Assembly: GCF_035084215.1 (NCBI RefSeq)
Contig: NC_090357.1
Coordinates: forward strand, 806,001-870,000
Reading direction: 5' to 3'
Origin: Heptranchias perlo
Taxonomy: Eukaryota
Length of the DNA: 64,000 nucleotides
The translations under genes and the position numbers were made by a program. Below, one piece after another: positions 47,674 through 61,360 of the stretch. The number at the start of each line of letters is the position of its first letter. Within the stretch, counting starts at the first letter, position 1. The notes under the pieces were generated by a model that worked only from the letters and a program-made list of their open reading frames with translations, was not told the DNA's origin and ran no database searches.

Positions 47674-49931
47674 CTAATCCTCATTTATTTCTCCAAGGTT
47701 CTGGCGGAAGTTGTCCCACAAGGTGGTGAGTTGGATCTCCAGATCCCGCTGGATGCTGTCTGCATACGGGACAAGCCTCTCTCGCATCTCCTCCACATTC
47801 TGGCTGATCACCTTGTTCAGCTGTTCAGAGTAGGGAGCAATGTTCTGATGGAACTCCTCGATTCTCTGGTTGACGTTGCTGTTGAGATCGTCAATGTATG
47901 GGGCCAGATTTTGGTTCATGCTTCCCATGTTCTCGTTGAGCTTTTCTTTCAGTTCTGCGACGTAAGGGACCAGCCTTTGCTTCAGAACCTCCACAGTCTC
48001 GTTGACCTTTCCCTGTAACTCCTGAGCGTATGGCACAACCTTCTGGGTCATTTCACCAATCTGTTGGTTCATCTTGGCCTGGACATCTTTGGCATAGGGA
48101 GCCATGGTATTGCGAAGCTCCTGGACTTTCTCATCAAACCTGGTGCGGAATTCCTCAGCATCGGCCGTCACCTTCTGCCTGAGCTTGTCCACATTCTCAG
48201 TGATCTTCTGCTGGAGTTGTTCAGCGTATGGAGTCAGAACTTCCCTCAGGTTCTCTGCGTTGTCTTCCAGTTTAGCCTGAAGCTCTTTGGTGTAGGGAGT
48301 CAACCTCTGGCGGAGTTCCTCAGCGTTGGTGTTCAGCTGGTGGCGGAGCTCTTCAGCGTAAGGTGTCAGCTTCTGATGAAATTCTTCAATGTTCCTGCTG
48401 ATCTTCTGGTGAACTCCATCAGCAAAAGGAGAAAGCTTCACCCTCAGGTCTTCCAGCTCCTGCCTGATCTGCTGGCGGAGATTCTCAGCATCTACTGTCA
48501 TCTTTACACGAAGGTCGTCTGCGATGGGAGTCAGCCTCTGTTGGAGATCCTCAGCGTATCCATTGACGTTCTGCAGGTTATCCTTTATAAGATAACTGGA
48601 AAAGCAAACAAGAAAAGGTGATTTATTACATAGATGGAATAGGAAAAAATCATTTTGTTTGAGAGCTTTTTGGCCAATGGACTCTTGGCTAAGAATGGTT
48701 CAGGAACAGAACACAGTGGAGGACAGGGAGACCAGAAATGATGAGGACAGTGGTTTATCAGGAAAATAATTGACGTGGGACCACAAAACCAACCATCCCA
48801 CTGAGCGAGTTCCTGCCATCCGAGTTGGATTGTGTAACACCAGAGTAATATTGGTCTGTAGTGGCAGGAATGGGTTTATCAAACACCATCGAAAGACATC
48901 CATTTTACACCGATGGACATTTTTTGATGATGTAATTCCCTCCTTTTCTGTAATTTTTGATCCCCTTGTTTGAAGCTGAATAGGCCACTGCCCATTGGCT
49001 CGCGGGTCACTCTCAATCAGCTGGCCATTGGTTGACCGTGAGGTGATGGTTCCCTCTGACTCTCTCGCCTCCCACTCAATGCCCCCTCCCCCGATTCAGT
49101 TCAAGGACTCCGCAAAGTGTGATTCCATTCTGTCTCTATCCCGGCCCCATGGCAGTGGGAATTAACTGGCCAAGTTTTCAATGACGTTTCTTCCTTCGAT
49201 GTTTTTACTGGACGGCCATTTCTCGCTGTGTCCCAGGAGGCTGATCTGTACCGATGGCCCCACCTCACTCCCGGTACTCACTTGAGCCGTTGTCCGATTT
49301 CGGAGCGCTGGATCTGATCCACACTGTCCTTGGCGTCATTGGTCAATTGGCTGATGTAATCCCAGAATGCATCTCGAACCTGACCTCCATTGAACTCAGC
49401 CCGGGAGCCTATAGGGAGGAAGGAAACCAGAGGATCAGAGCGGGAACACGAGAAGAACATTCACTGAATTACTGTTCATTTCACAGACAAGCAGCTTGTG
49501 ATGATTCATTGACTTCACCATATCCTGTCTGGGGAATGTCCATCAGGGAGTAAAAAGATGGATCAGTTGCCTCCTCTCTGGAGACCGGTTCGGGATGGTC
49601 CAATGAGTAAAATCCCTTTGTCTTTGAACATCTGGGACCAGGGTTTAAAACAAGCCCAGACAGAGGGGATGAAGCCGTCTCTCCACAATGAGACGCTGAG
49701 TGGTAGAACAGGCTACGCACAGGTCTCTTACCTCGAGACCCGAGCTTAGAACTGGTCCAAACAGAGGGCATGAAGATCGTGTGTCTGATGTCCATAAAAT
49801 GCCATTCATGCTCAGACAGGCAGCAAAAACCAACAGCACAAAACAAGCAGTCCAATAACCCAGGGAAGTATGGAAGACCTACCTGAGACCATGATGGCAG
49901 CTACGAACACAAGGATTGCCTTGGGAAACAT
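47674..49931 (-). CDS. apoa4: Apolipoprotein A-IV-like, array copy C (coding exons 49931-49883, 49408-49282, 48595-47674)
   Basis: Copy of A at +16903; ORF and splice sites intact. Confidence 0.93.
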
Positions 49932-50342
49932 GGTGGATTTCTCAAACTGGCGAATTGAATACAATTTCTGTTTTCTCAACCAATCTCTGAAAAGGCAAAA
50001 AATCCGGGTTAGTCTGAGATTTCAATCACAAAATCTTTCATGGTCTGTTATTGCATTCCGTGTGGAACTTGCTTCCTGCTGAAAATCTGTTGCATTTATT
50101 TACAGGACATTCTGATTATTAAAGTCTCTCTCTGAACCTCACACAATTATAAACTGTCACCTGACTGTAAATATAAACCAGTATTCTTTATATCAGGTGT
50201 GAGCTTCCACCAGTTGTCTGAGACACTGCGACCTTACACAGAGAGCACCGTCTGAGCGGGTCCCTGGGTAAGTGTGTAAACACTGTGTGTTCCCCGGCTT
50301 GTAGCAGTGTGAGGTGCAGCTGTTACACTCAGCTCCTCTTAC

Positions 50343-50603
50343 CTGTCTCGGCTGTGCTGCTCCTGGAGCTCTGTGTCTCAGCCCTACAGGCCCTCGCTGT
50401 ATATGAGGGCATCTTATCAGCGGCTGATAAGGAGCAGCTCTGTTCGGGCTCAGAACATGGACTTTCTCTGCTGCACAGAGAACGTGGAACTTCCAACAAA
50501 CCTGTTACTGTCAGCGGTGATGTGTTTCCTCAAATGTGGCTCAAACTCCACCGCGATTCCCCTCCTGGTACAAAAGTCATAGTTTGATAACATCTGTAAT
50601 GTT
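50343..50603 (-). promoter_or_regulatory. apoa4 copy C exon 1 and promoter
   Basis: Same motifs at +16903 (GATA palindrome 50413-50431). Confidence 0.68.
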
Positions 50604-51456
50604 TCTCATCTTCTAAGCACTTATTCTGAGGGGTTTTGAGCGAGTAAATAGGGAGCAACTATTCCCAGTGGCAGGAGGGTTGGTAACCAGAGGACACAGA
50701 TTTAACTAATTGGCAAAAGAACCGGGGGGGAGATGAGGAGAATTTTTTTTACTCAGTGAGTTGTGATGATCTGGAATGTGCTGCCTGAAAGGGCGGTGGA
50801 AGCAGATTCAATAATAACTTTCAAAAGGGAATTGGTAAAATACTTGAAAAGGAGAAATTTGCAGGGCTCTGGGGAAAGAGGAGGGGAGTGGGATTAATTG
50901 GATAGATCTTTCTCTGATTTCACCCTCTTGTGAGGTAAGGTTCTGCTACACTATCCGATCGAACAATTTCATGCCTACCGACTGTCGCATCTTAATCGAA
51001 CAATCAGTTTTTGTAGATGGACAATAGATACTGCCCTGCAGTCAAAGAACGATTAAGAATTCCTGGGGCCCTGAGCACGGTTGGGGTGAGAGAGACAATT
51101 AGGGAGAGAGACAGATGGGAGAGAGACAGATGGGAGAGAGACAGATGGGAGAGAGACAGATGGGAGAGAGACAGATGGGGGACAGACAGATGGGAGAGAG
51201 ACAGATGGGGGACAGACGGTTGTGGGAGAGATGGTTGTGGGAGAGACATTTGTGGGAGAGACTATTGGGGAGAGGTGGTTGGGGGCAAGACAGTTGGGGG
51301 GAGATGGTTGGGGGAGAGAGAGTTTGGGGAAAGTAGATTGGGGAGAGAGAGTTGGGGGATAGACAGATGGGGAGGGACAGTTGGAGGTGAGGCGGTCGGA
51401 GGAGAGACAGTTGAGGGAGAGCGAGTTGAGGTGAGAGACAGCATTTGGAAGCAATA

Positions 51457-52189
51457 GGAACATAGGAACAGGAGGAGGCCATTCAGCCCCTCATGCCTGC
51501 TCCGTCATTTGATAAGATCATGGCTGATCTGTGATCTAACTCCATATACCTGCCTTTGGCCCATATCCCTTAATACCTTTGGTTGCCAAAAAGCCATCTA
51601 TCTCAGATTTAAATTTAGCAATTCAGCTAGTATCAATTGCCGTTTGCGGAAGAGAGTTCCAAACTTCTACCACCCTTTGTGTGTAGAAATGTTTTCTAAT
51701 CTCACTCCTGAAAGGTCTGGCTCTAATTTTTAGACTGTGCCCCCTACTCCTAGAATCCCCAACCAGCGGAAATAGTTTCTCTCTATCCACCCTATCCTTT
51801 CCCCTTAATATCTTATAAACTTTGATCAGATCACCCCTTAACCTTTGAAACTCTAGAGAATACAACCCCAATTTGTGTAATCTCTCCTCATAACTTAACC
51901 CTTGAAGTCCGGGTATCATTCTAGTAAACCTACGCTGCACTCCCTCCAAGGCCAATATGTCCTTCCGAAGGTGCGGTGCCCAGAACTGCTCACAGTACTC
52001 CAGGTGCGGTCTAACCAGGGTTTTGTTTAGCTGCAGCATAACTTCTGCCCCCTTGTACTCTAGTCCTCTTGATATAAAGGCCAGCATTCCATTAGCCTTA
52101 TTGATTATTTTCTGTACCTGTTCATGACACTTCAATGATCTATGTACCTGAATCCCTAGGTCCCTTTGGACATCCACTGTTTTTAACTT
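51457..52189 (-). mobile_element. Same truncated CR1, next unit (premature stop)
   Basis: ORF 51623-52192. Confidence 0.9.
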
Positions 52190-53611
52190 CAATATACAGA
52201 GTTGTTTGAGACCAGTAACTACAGCGTACAGTCTACAGCCGACACAGACATTGGCTGTGAGCTGCCCTGAAGAGGAATTTCACTCTGGGCACCGGGTGGG
52301 AGCTCTGTCCATGTGTGCTCTGCTCCAGGGCTGTGAGTTTCGAATGATTTGAATGAATGACTCACCTCCTGACCCCTCAAAAACTCTCCACCACCTACAA
52401 GGCTGAAGTTGGGAATGTGATGGAATATTCACCACTCACTGGGATGGTGTTGCTGCAACAACACAACACCATCCAGGACAAAGCAGTTCACTCGATCGAC
52501 ACCCTCATCAATGGACTGAATATCCACTCTCTTCACCATTGGTACATTGTGGTCGCAGTACGTGCAATCCACAGGATGCAGTGCAGGAACTCACCAAGTT
52601 TGCTTACACGTCAAATCCCAGCCACACAATCTCGGCCATTGAGAAGGACAAGAGCAGCGACACTATGAAAACACCATCACATGTATGTTCTCCTCTCCTT
52701 AACCCTTGAAGTCCGGGTATCATTCTAGTAAACCTACGCTGCACTCCCTCCAAGTCCAATATGTCCTTCCGAAGGTGCGGTGCCCAGAACTGCTCACAGT
52801 ACTCCAGGTGCGGTCTAACCAGGGTTTTGCATAGCTGCAGCATAACTTCTGCCCCCTTGGTTACGGGGAGCGGGCAGGAAATTGGACATTAATTTAGATT
52901 GAGGTTAGGATCAGATCAGCCATGATCTTATTGAATAGCGGAGCAGGCTCGAGGGGCCGATTGGCCTACTCCTGCTCCTATTCCTTATGTTCTTATGTTA
53001 ACACACCAACCTGTCATGAACATATATGGCCATTCCTTCACCGTCACTGGATTAAAATCCTGGAATTCCCTGCTTAAAACCATTGTTGGAACGCCATCAT
53101 CACAGGGACTGCTGGGGTTCAATGCGAAGGCTGACCAGCACCTGCTTAGGGCAAGTGATGGGCAATAAATGTGGCCTTGCCAGCGACGCCCACCTCCCGA
53201 GAACAAATAATAATTAAAAAAATGAAAATGATAAAGTATCTGGAGGTCTAGCTGGACAGGGACTGGAGTTATACTGCCACGCTCCGGAATTGGATCAATT
53301 CTATCGTCACTTTCGTGTTACAATGAAGTGGAAACCAGTTGCACAGTATAGAAAGAGAGACTTGCATTTATATAGTGCCTTTTACAACCTCAGGACGTCC
53401 CAAGGCGCTTCCCGGCCAATGAAGTTCAGAGTAACGGCAGGGTAACAGAGTGAAAATAACCTGAGATTGGTTTGAGCCTGACTCCAATTCTGAGCAGAAA
53501 CAGCCTCACTGCCTAAAGACACAAACACAAAGCCTGAAATATTTCAATCAGTGAGTCACTTCACTGCTTTGCAATGTCACGCCTCTGATGTGTGTAATAT
53601 TTGTGAGATAG

Positions 53612-55444
53612 AACAGAATCATTGACTCATACAGAACAGGAGGAGGCCATTCGGCCCATCGTGCCTGTGCCGGCTCATTCAAAGCTATCCAATTAGTCCC
53701 ACTCTCCTGCTCTTTCCCCATAGTCCTGCAAATTTTCCCCCTTCGATTATTTATCCAATTCCTTTTTGAAATCCGCGATTGAATCTGCTTCCACCGCCCT
53801 TTCAGGCAGTGAATTCCAGATCATCACAACTCGCTGCGTAAAAACATTTTTCCTCACGTCATCTCTGATTCTTTTGCCAGTTACCTTAAATCTGTGTCCT
53901 CTGGTTACTAACCCAACTGCCACTGGAAACCGTTTCTCCTTATTTACTCTGTCAAAACCCTTCATGATTTTGAACACCTCGATTAAATCTCCTCTTAACC
54001 TTCTCTGGTCGAAGGAGAACAATCCCAGCTTCTCCAGTCTCTTCACGTAACTGAAGACTTTTATTCTAGTAAATCTCTTCTGCACCCTCTCTAAGGCCTT
54101 GACATCCTTCCTAAAGTGTGGTGCCCAGAATTGGCCACAATACTCCAGCTGGGGTCTAACCAGTGTTTTATAAAGGTTTAGTATAACTTCCTTGCTTTCT
54201 GCCTCTATTTATTAAGCCCAGGGTCCCGATTGCCTTTTTAACAGCCTTCTCAACTTGTCCTGTCACCTTCAAAGATTTGTGGATTGTCTCTCCTCATTCT
54301 TCCTTCCAAATGTATCACTTCACACTTCTCTGCATTAAATTCCATCTGCCATGTGTCTGCCCATTTCACCAGTCTGTCTCTGTCCTCCTGAAGTCTGTTA
54401 CTATCCTCCACACTCATTACTACATTTCCGAGTTTCGTGTCATGTGCAAATTTTGAAATTATACCCTCTATATCCAAGTCAAGGTCATTGATATAAATCA
54501 AAAAAAGCAGTGGTCCCAACACCGACCCCTGGGAAACACCACTGTAAACTTCCCTCCAGTCTGAGAAACAACTGTTCACCTCTACTCTCTGCTTTCTGTC
54601 ACTTAGTCAATTACGTATCCATGATGCCACTGCCCCTTTAATTCTATGGCTTTAATTTTGCGAACAAGTCTATTGTGTGAGACTTTATCAAATGTCTTTT
54701 GAAAGTCCATTTACACATCGGCTGCACTCCCCTCATCAACCCTCTCCGTTACTTCATCAAAGAACTTGATCAAGTTGGTTAGACCACCCTTGGAGCACTG
54801 TGCACAGTTCTGTTCTCCATATTATAAAAAAGATGTGGAGGCACTGGAGAAAGTGCAACAAAGATTCACAAGAATAATATCAGAACTGAATAGTTATAAC
54901 TGTCGGGAAAGGCTGAACAGGCTGGGGCTCTTTTCTCTAGAAAAGAGAAGGCTGAGGGGTGACCTGATCGAGGTCTTTAAGATTATGAAAGGGTTTGATG
55001 GGGTAGACGTAGAGAAAATGTTTCCACTTGTGGGGGAGACCAAAACTAGAATTCATAAATATAAGATAGTCACTAATAAATCCAATAGGGAATTCAGGAG
55101 AAACTTCTTTACCCAGAGAGTGGTGAGAATGTGGAACTCGCTCCCACAAGGAGCAGTTGAGGTGAATAGTGTGGATGGATTTAAGGGGAAGCTCGATAAA
55201 CACATGAGGAAGAAAGGAATAGAAGGATATGCTGATAGGGTGAGATGAAGGAGGGAGGGAGGAGACTCGTGTGGAGCGTAAACACCAGCATGGACCAGTT
55301 GGGCCGAATGGCCTGTTTCTGAGCTGTAGACTCGATGTAACCCAGTGTTAGTCAAACACGATTTGCCTTTAACAAATCCATGCTGACTTTCATTAACCCA
55401 TATTTTTCCAAGTGTCAATTAATTTTGTCCCAGATTATTGTCTC
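53612..55444 (-). mobile_element. Same nested CR1 pair, unit D
   Basis: ORFs 53747-54085, 54250-54579 and 54766-55248. Confidence 0.88.
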
Positions 55445-56109
55445 CAATTTATTTAATAATAGATTTTTAATATATGATGCAAAAGGCAAACTGCAAGGAA
55501 ACTTCTGATCAAAGAAAGTAAATCAGAAAATGAGGAGAAAATAAGATATTGAGGCTGTGCTGGTGGGAAGTTGGAGAATTGGAAACAGTCAGTGGAAATA
55601 CTTGTTAGAAACCCAGTTTCAAGTCAGAGTCACACTGGGAGCTCGTCCAACACCATCATTATCACTAGTGACAGGCAGAGGGCTGGGGGGAGAGAGGGAC
55701 CAGCCCGTGAGGGGAGGGGTCTTGTGTCCAGTGCGTGAAGTGAGTCTTGTTTCATTGACCAAGAATAGGCAGTAACAGAACCCATGGGGATTCTATCAGC
55801 TGAAACCTTCCACCCTCCAAATTCAGCAATCTGTGCCAGTGGAATAAGATAATTAAACAAACTGGACATTTACTGACTGACACTTTGCAAACGATGAAAT
55901 AAAACACGGAAACGTTATCAGTTCGAAAGTCATTTAAAGATTTCTTCTCCACATTTACAGTCCACGCTCTGGGATTTCAATCAGTGATTTTAAATCCATT
56001 CCTTTCTACAACAAATAAATACATTGAAGTTCGTTATAAATAAAGACACAATGCTCTGTGCTCCGAGAGGGCTCCACAATCCTGAGTCACAGTTTGGCCG
56101 AATAACTTT

Positions 56110-58367
56110 CTAATCCTCATTTATTTCTCCAAGGTTCTGGCGGAAGTTGTCCCACAAGGTGGTGAGTTGGATCTCCAGATCCCGCTGGATGCTGTCTGCA
56201 TACGGGACAAGCCTCTCTCGCATCTCCTCCACATTCTGGCTGATCACCTTGTTCAGCTGTTCAGAGTAGGGAGCAATGTTCTGATGGAACTCCTCGATTC
56301 TCTGGTTGACGTTGCTGTTGAGATCGTCAATGTATGGGGCCAGATTTTGGTTCATGCTTCCCATGTTCTCGTTGAGCTTTTCTTTCAGTTCTGCGACGTA
56401 AGGGACCAGCCTTTGCTTCAGAACCTCCACAGTCTCGTTGACCTTTCCCTGTAGCTCCTGAGCGTATGGCACAACCTTCTGGGTCATTTCACCAATCTGT
56501 TGGTTCATATTGGCCTGGACATCTTTGGCATAGGGAGCCATGGTATTGCGAAGCTCCTGGACTTTCTCATCAAACCTGGTGCGGAATTCCTCAGCATCGG
56601 CCGTCACCTTCTGCCTGAGCTTGTCCACATTCTCAGTGATCTTCTGCTGGAGTTGTTCAGCGTATGGAGTCAGAACTTCCCTCAGGTTCTCTGCGTTGTC
56701 TTCCAGTTTGGCCTGAAGCTCTTTGGTGTAGGGAGTCAACCTCTGGCGGAGTTCCTCAGCGTTGGTGTTCAGCTGGTGGCGGAGCTCTTCAGCGTAAGGT
56801 GTCAGCTTCTGATGAAATTCTTCAATGTTCCTGCTGATCTTCTGGTGAACTCCATCAGCAAAAGGAGAAAGCTTCACCCTCAGGTCTTCCAGCTCCTGCC
56901 TGATCTGCTGGCGGAGATTCTCAGCATCTACTGTCATCTTTACACGAAGGTCGTCTGCGATGGGAGTCAGCCTCTGTTGGAGATCCTCAGCGTATCCATT
57001 GACGTTCTGCAGGTTATCCTTTATAAGATAACTGGAAAAGCAAACAAGAAAAGGTGATTTATTACATAGATGGAATAGGAAAAAATCATTTTGTTTGAGA
57101 GCTTTTTGGCCAATGGACTCTTGACTAAGAATGGTTCAGGAACAGAACACAGTGGAGGACAGGGAGACCAGAAATGATGAGGACAGTGGTTTATCAGGAA
57201 AATAATTGACATGGGACCACAAAACCAACCATCCCACTGAGCGAGTTCCTGCCATCCGAGTTGGATTGTGTAACACCAGAGTAATATTGGTCTGTAGTGG
57301 CAGGAATGGGTTTATCAAACACCATCGAAAGACGTCCATTTTACACCGATGGACATTTTTTGATGATGTCATTCCCTCCTTTTCTGTAATTTTTGATCCC
57401 CTTGTTTGAAGCTGAATAGGCCACTGCCCATTGGCTCGCGGGTCACTCTCAATCAGCTGGCCATTGGTTGACCGTGAGGTGATGGTTCCCTCTGACTCTC
57501 TCGCCTCCCACTCAATGCCCCCTCCCCCGATTCAGTTCAAGGACTCCGCAAAGTGTGATTCCATTCTGTCTCTATCCCGGCCCCATGGCAGTGGGAATTA
57601 ACTGGCCAAGTTTTCAATGACGTTTCTTCCTTCGATGTTTTTACTGGACGGCCATTTCTCGCTGTGTCCCAGGAGGCTGATCTGTACCGATGGCCCCACC
57701 TCACTCCCGGTACTCACTTGAGCCGTTGTCCGATTTCGGAGCGCTGGATCTGATCTACACTGTCCTTGGCGTCATTGGTCAATTGGCTGATGTAATCCCA
57801 GAATGCATCTCGAACCTGACCTCCATTGAACTCAGCCCGGGAGCCTATAGGGAGGAAGGAAACCAGAGGATCAGAGCGGGAACACGAGAAGAACATTCAC
57901 TGAATTACTGTTCATTTCACAGACAAGCAGCTTGTGATGATTCATTGACTTCACCATATCCTGTCTGGGGAATGTCCATCAGGGAGTAAAAAGATGGATC
58001 AGTTGCCTCCTCTCTGGAGACCGGTTCGGGATGGTCCAATGAGTAAAATCCCTTTGTCTTTGAACATCTGGGACCAGGGTTTAAAACAAGCCCAGACAGA
58101 GGGGATGAAGCCGTCTCTCCACAATGAGACGCTGAGTGGTAGAACAGGCTACGCACAGGTCTCTTACCTCGAGACCCGAGCTTAGAACTGGTCCAAACAG
58201 AGGGCATGAAGATCGTGTGTCTGATGTCCATAAAATGCCATTCATGCTCAGACAGGCAGCAAAAACCAACAGCACAAAACAAGCAGTCCAATAACCCAGG
58301 GAAGTATGGAAGACCTACCTGAGACCACGATGGCAGCTACGAACACAAGGATTGCCTTGGGAAACAT
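56110..58367 (-). CDS. apoa4: Apolipoprotein A-IV-like, array copy D (coding exons 58367-58319, 57844-57718, 57031-56110)
   Basis: Copy of A at +25339; intact; private changes M14V in the signal peptide and VQANM. Confidence 0.93.
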
Positions 58368-58778
58368 GGTGGATTTCTCAAACTGGCGAATTGAATACAA
58401 TTTCTGTTTTCTCAACCAATCTCTGAAAAGGCAAAAAATCCGGGTTAGTCTGAGATTTCAATCACAAAATCTTTCATGGTCTGTTATTGCATTCCGTGTG
58501 GAACTTGCTTCCTGCTGAAAATCTGTTGCATTTATTTACAGGACATTCTGATTATTAAAGTCTCTCTCTGAACCTCACACAATTATAAACTGTCACCTGA
58601 CTGTAAATATAAACCAGTATTCTTTATATCAGGTGTGAGCTTCCACCAGTTGTCTGAGACACTGCGACCTTACACAGAGAGCACCGTCTGAGCGGGTCCC
58701 TGGGTAAGTGTGTAAACACTGTGTGTTCCCCGGCTTGTAGCAGTGTGAGGTGCAGCTGTTACACTCAGCTCCTCTTAC

Positions 58779-59039
58779 CTGTCTCGGCTGTGCTGCTCCT
58801 GGAGCTCTGTGTCTCAGCCCTACAGGCCCTCGCTGTATATGAGGGCATCTTATCAGCGGCTGATAAGGAGCAGCTCTGTTCGGGCTCAGAACATGGACTT
58901 TCTCTGCTGCACAGAGAACGTGGAACTTCCAACAAACCTGTTACTGTCAGCGGTGATGTGTTTCCTCAAATGTGGCTCAAACTCCACCGCGATTCCCCTC
59001 CTGGTACAAAAGTCATAGTTTGATAACATCTGTAATGTT
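58779..59039 (-). promoter_or_regulatory. apoa4 copy D exon 1 and promoter
   Basis: Same motifs at +25339 (GATA palindrome 58849-58867). Confidence 0.68.
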
Positions 59040-59847
59040 TCTCATCTTCTAAGCACTTATTCTGAGGGGTTTTGAGCGAGTAAATAGGGAGCAACTATTT
59101 CCAGTGGCAGGAGGGTCGGTAACCAGAGGACACAGATTTAACTAATTGGCAAAAGAACCAGGGGGGAGATGAGGAGAATTTTTTTTACTCAGTGAGTTGT
59201 TCTGATCTGGAATGTGCTGCCTGAAAGGGCGGTGGAAGCAGATTCAATAATAACTTTCAAAAGGGAATCGGATAAATACTTGAAAAGGAGAAATTTGCAG
59301 GGCTCTGGGGAAAGAGGAGGGGAGTGGGATTAATTGGATAGATCTTTCTCTGATTTCACCCTCTTGTGAGGTAAGGTTCTGCTACACTATCCGATCGAAC
59401 AATTTCATGCCTACCGACTGTCGCATCTTAATCGAACAATCAGTTTTTGTAGATGGACAATAGATACTGCCCGGCAATCACAGAACGATTAAGAATTCCT
59501 GGGGCCCTGAGCACGGTTGGGGTGAGAGAGACAATTAGGGGGAGAGACAGATGGGAGAGAGACAGATGGGAGAGAGACAGATGGGAGAGAGACAGATGGG
59601 AGAGAGACAGATGGGGGACAGACAGATGGGAGAGAGACAGATGGGGGACAGACAGTTGTGGGAGAGACGGTTGTGGGAGAGACATTTGTGGGAGAGACTA
59701 TTGGGGAGAGGTGGTTGGGGGCAAGACAGTTGGGGGGAGATGGTTGGGGGAGAGAGAGTTCGGAGGAGAGAGAGTTTGGGGAAAGTAGATTGGGGAGAGA
59801 GAGTTGGGGGATAGACAGATGGGGAGGGACAGTTGGAGGTGAGGTGG

Positions 59848-60732
59848 TCACAGGTTTGGGAGGTGCTGTTGAAGAAGCCTTGGCGAGTTGCTGCAGTGCA
59901 TCCTATGGATGGTACACACTGCAGCCACTGTGCGCCGGTGGTGAAGGGAGTGAATGTTTAGGGTGGTGGATGGGGTGCCAATCAAGCGGGCTGCTTTGTC
60001 CTGGATGGTGTCGTGCTTCTTGAGTGTTGTTGGAGCTGCACTCATCCAGGCAAGTGGAGAGTATTCCATCACACCCCTGACTTGTGCCTTGTAGATGGTG
60101 GAAAGGTTTTGGGGAGTCAGGAGGTGAGTCACTCGCTGCAGAATACCCAGCCTCTGACCTGCTCTTGTAGCCACAGTATTTATGTGGCTGGTCCAGTTAA
60201 GTTTCTGGTCAATGGTGACCCCCAGGATGTTGATGGTGGGGGATTCGGCGATGGTAATGCCGTTGAATGTCAAGGGGAGGTGGTTAGACTCTCTCTTTTT
60301 GGAGATGGTCATTGCCTGGCACTTGTCTGGCGCGAATGTTACTTGCTACTTATCAGTCCAAGCCTGGATGTTGTCCAGGTCTTGCTGCATGCTGGCTCGG
60401 ACTCCTTCATTATCTGAGGGGTTGCGAATGGAACTGAACAATGTGCAATCATCAGCGAACATCCCCATTTCTGACCTTATGATGGAGGGAAGGTCATTGA
60501 TGAAGCAGCTGAAGATGGTTGGGCCTAGGACACTGCCCTGAGGAACTCCTGCAGCAATTTCCTGGGGCTGAGATGATTGGCCTCCAACAACCACTACCAT
60601 CTTCCTTTGTGCTGGGTATGTCTCCAGCCACTGGAGAGTTTCCCCCTGATTCCCATTGACTTCAATTTGACTAGGGCTCCTTGGTGCCACACTCGGTCAA
60701 ATGCTGCCTTGATGTCAAGGGCAGTCACTCTC
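59848..60732 (-). mobile_element. Internal RT fragment of the 2326-3903 LINE family, with no 3' tail
   Basis: ORFs 59848-60312 and 60346-60690 closely match the translation of ~2620-3503. Confidence 0.9.
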
Positions 60733-61360
60733 GAGTTCACTCGATCGACACCCTCATCAATGGACTGAATATCCACTCTCTTCACCATTGGTACATTGTG
60801 GTCGCAGTACGTGCAATCCACAGGATGCAGTGCAGGAACTCACCAAGTTTGCTTACACGTCAAATCCCAGCCACACAATCTCGGCCATTGAGAAGGACAA
60901 GAGCAGCGACACTATGAAAACACCATCACATGTATGTTCTCCTCTCCTTAACACACCATCCTGTCATGAACATATATGGCCATTCCTTCACCGTCACTGG
61001 ATTAAAATCCTGGAATTCCCTGCTTGAAACCATTGTTGGAACGCCATCATCACAGGGACTGCTGGGGTTCAATGCGAAGGCTGACCAGTACCTGCTTAGG
61101 GAAGTGATGGGCAATAAATGTGGCCTTGCCAGCGACGCCCACCTCCTGAGAACAAATAATAATTAAAAAATTAAAATGATAAAGTATCTGGAGGTCTAGC
61201 TGGACAGGGACTGGAGTTATACTGCCACGCTCTGGAATTGGATCAATTCTATCGTCACTTTCATGTTACAATGAAGTGGAAACCAGTTGCACAGTATAGA
61301 AAGAGAGACTTGCATTTATATAGTGCCTTTCACAACCTCAGGACGTCCCAAGGCGCTTCC

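Larger units (their letters stand above)
22200..61360. repeat. Tandem segmental duplication array: ~8.45-kb unit, four gene-bearing units plus a partial fifth ending at the gap
   Basis: ORFs and sequence recur at offsets 8452, 8451 and 8436. The first unit is enlarged by a 4.7-kb CR1 insertion. Confidence 0.95.
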
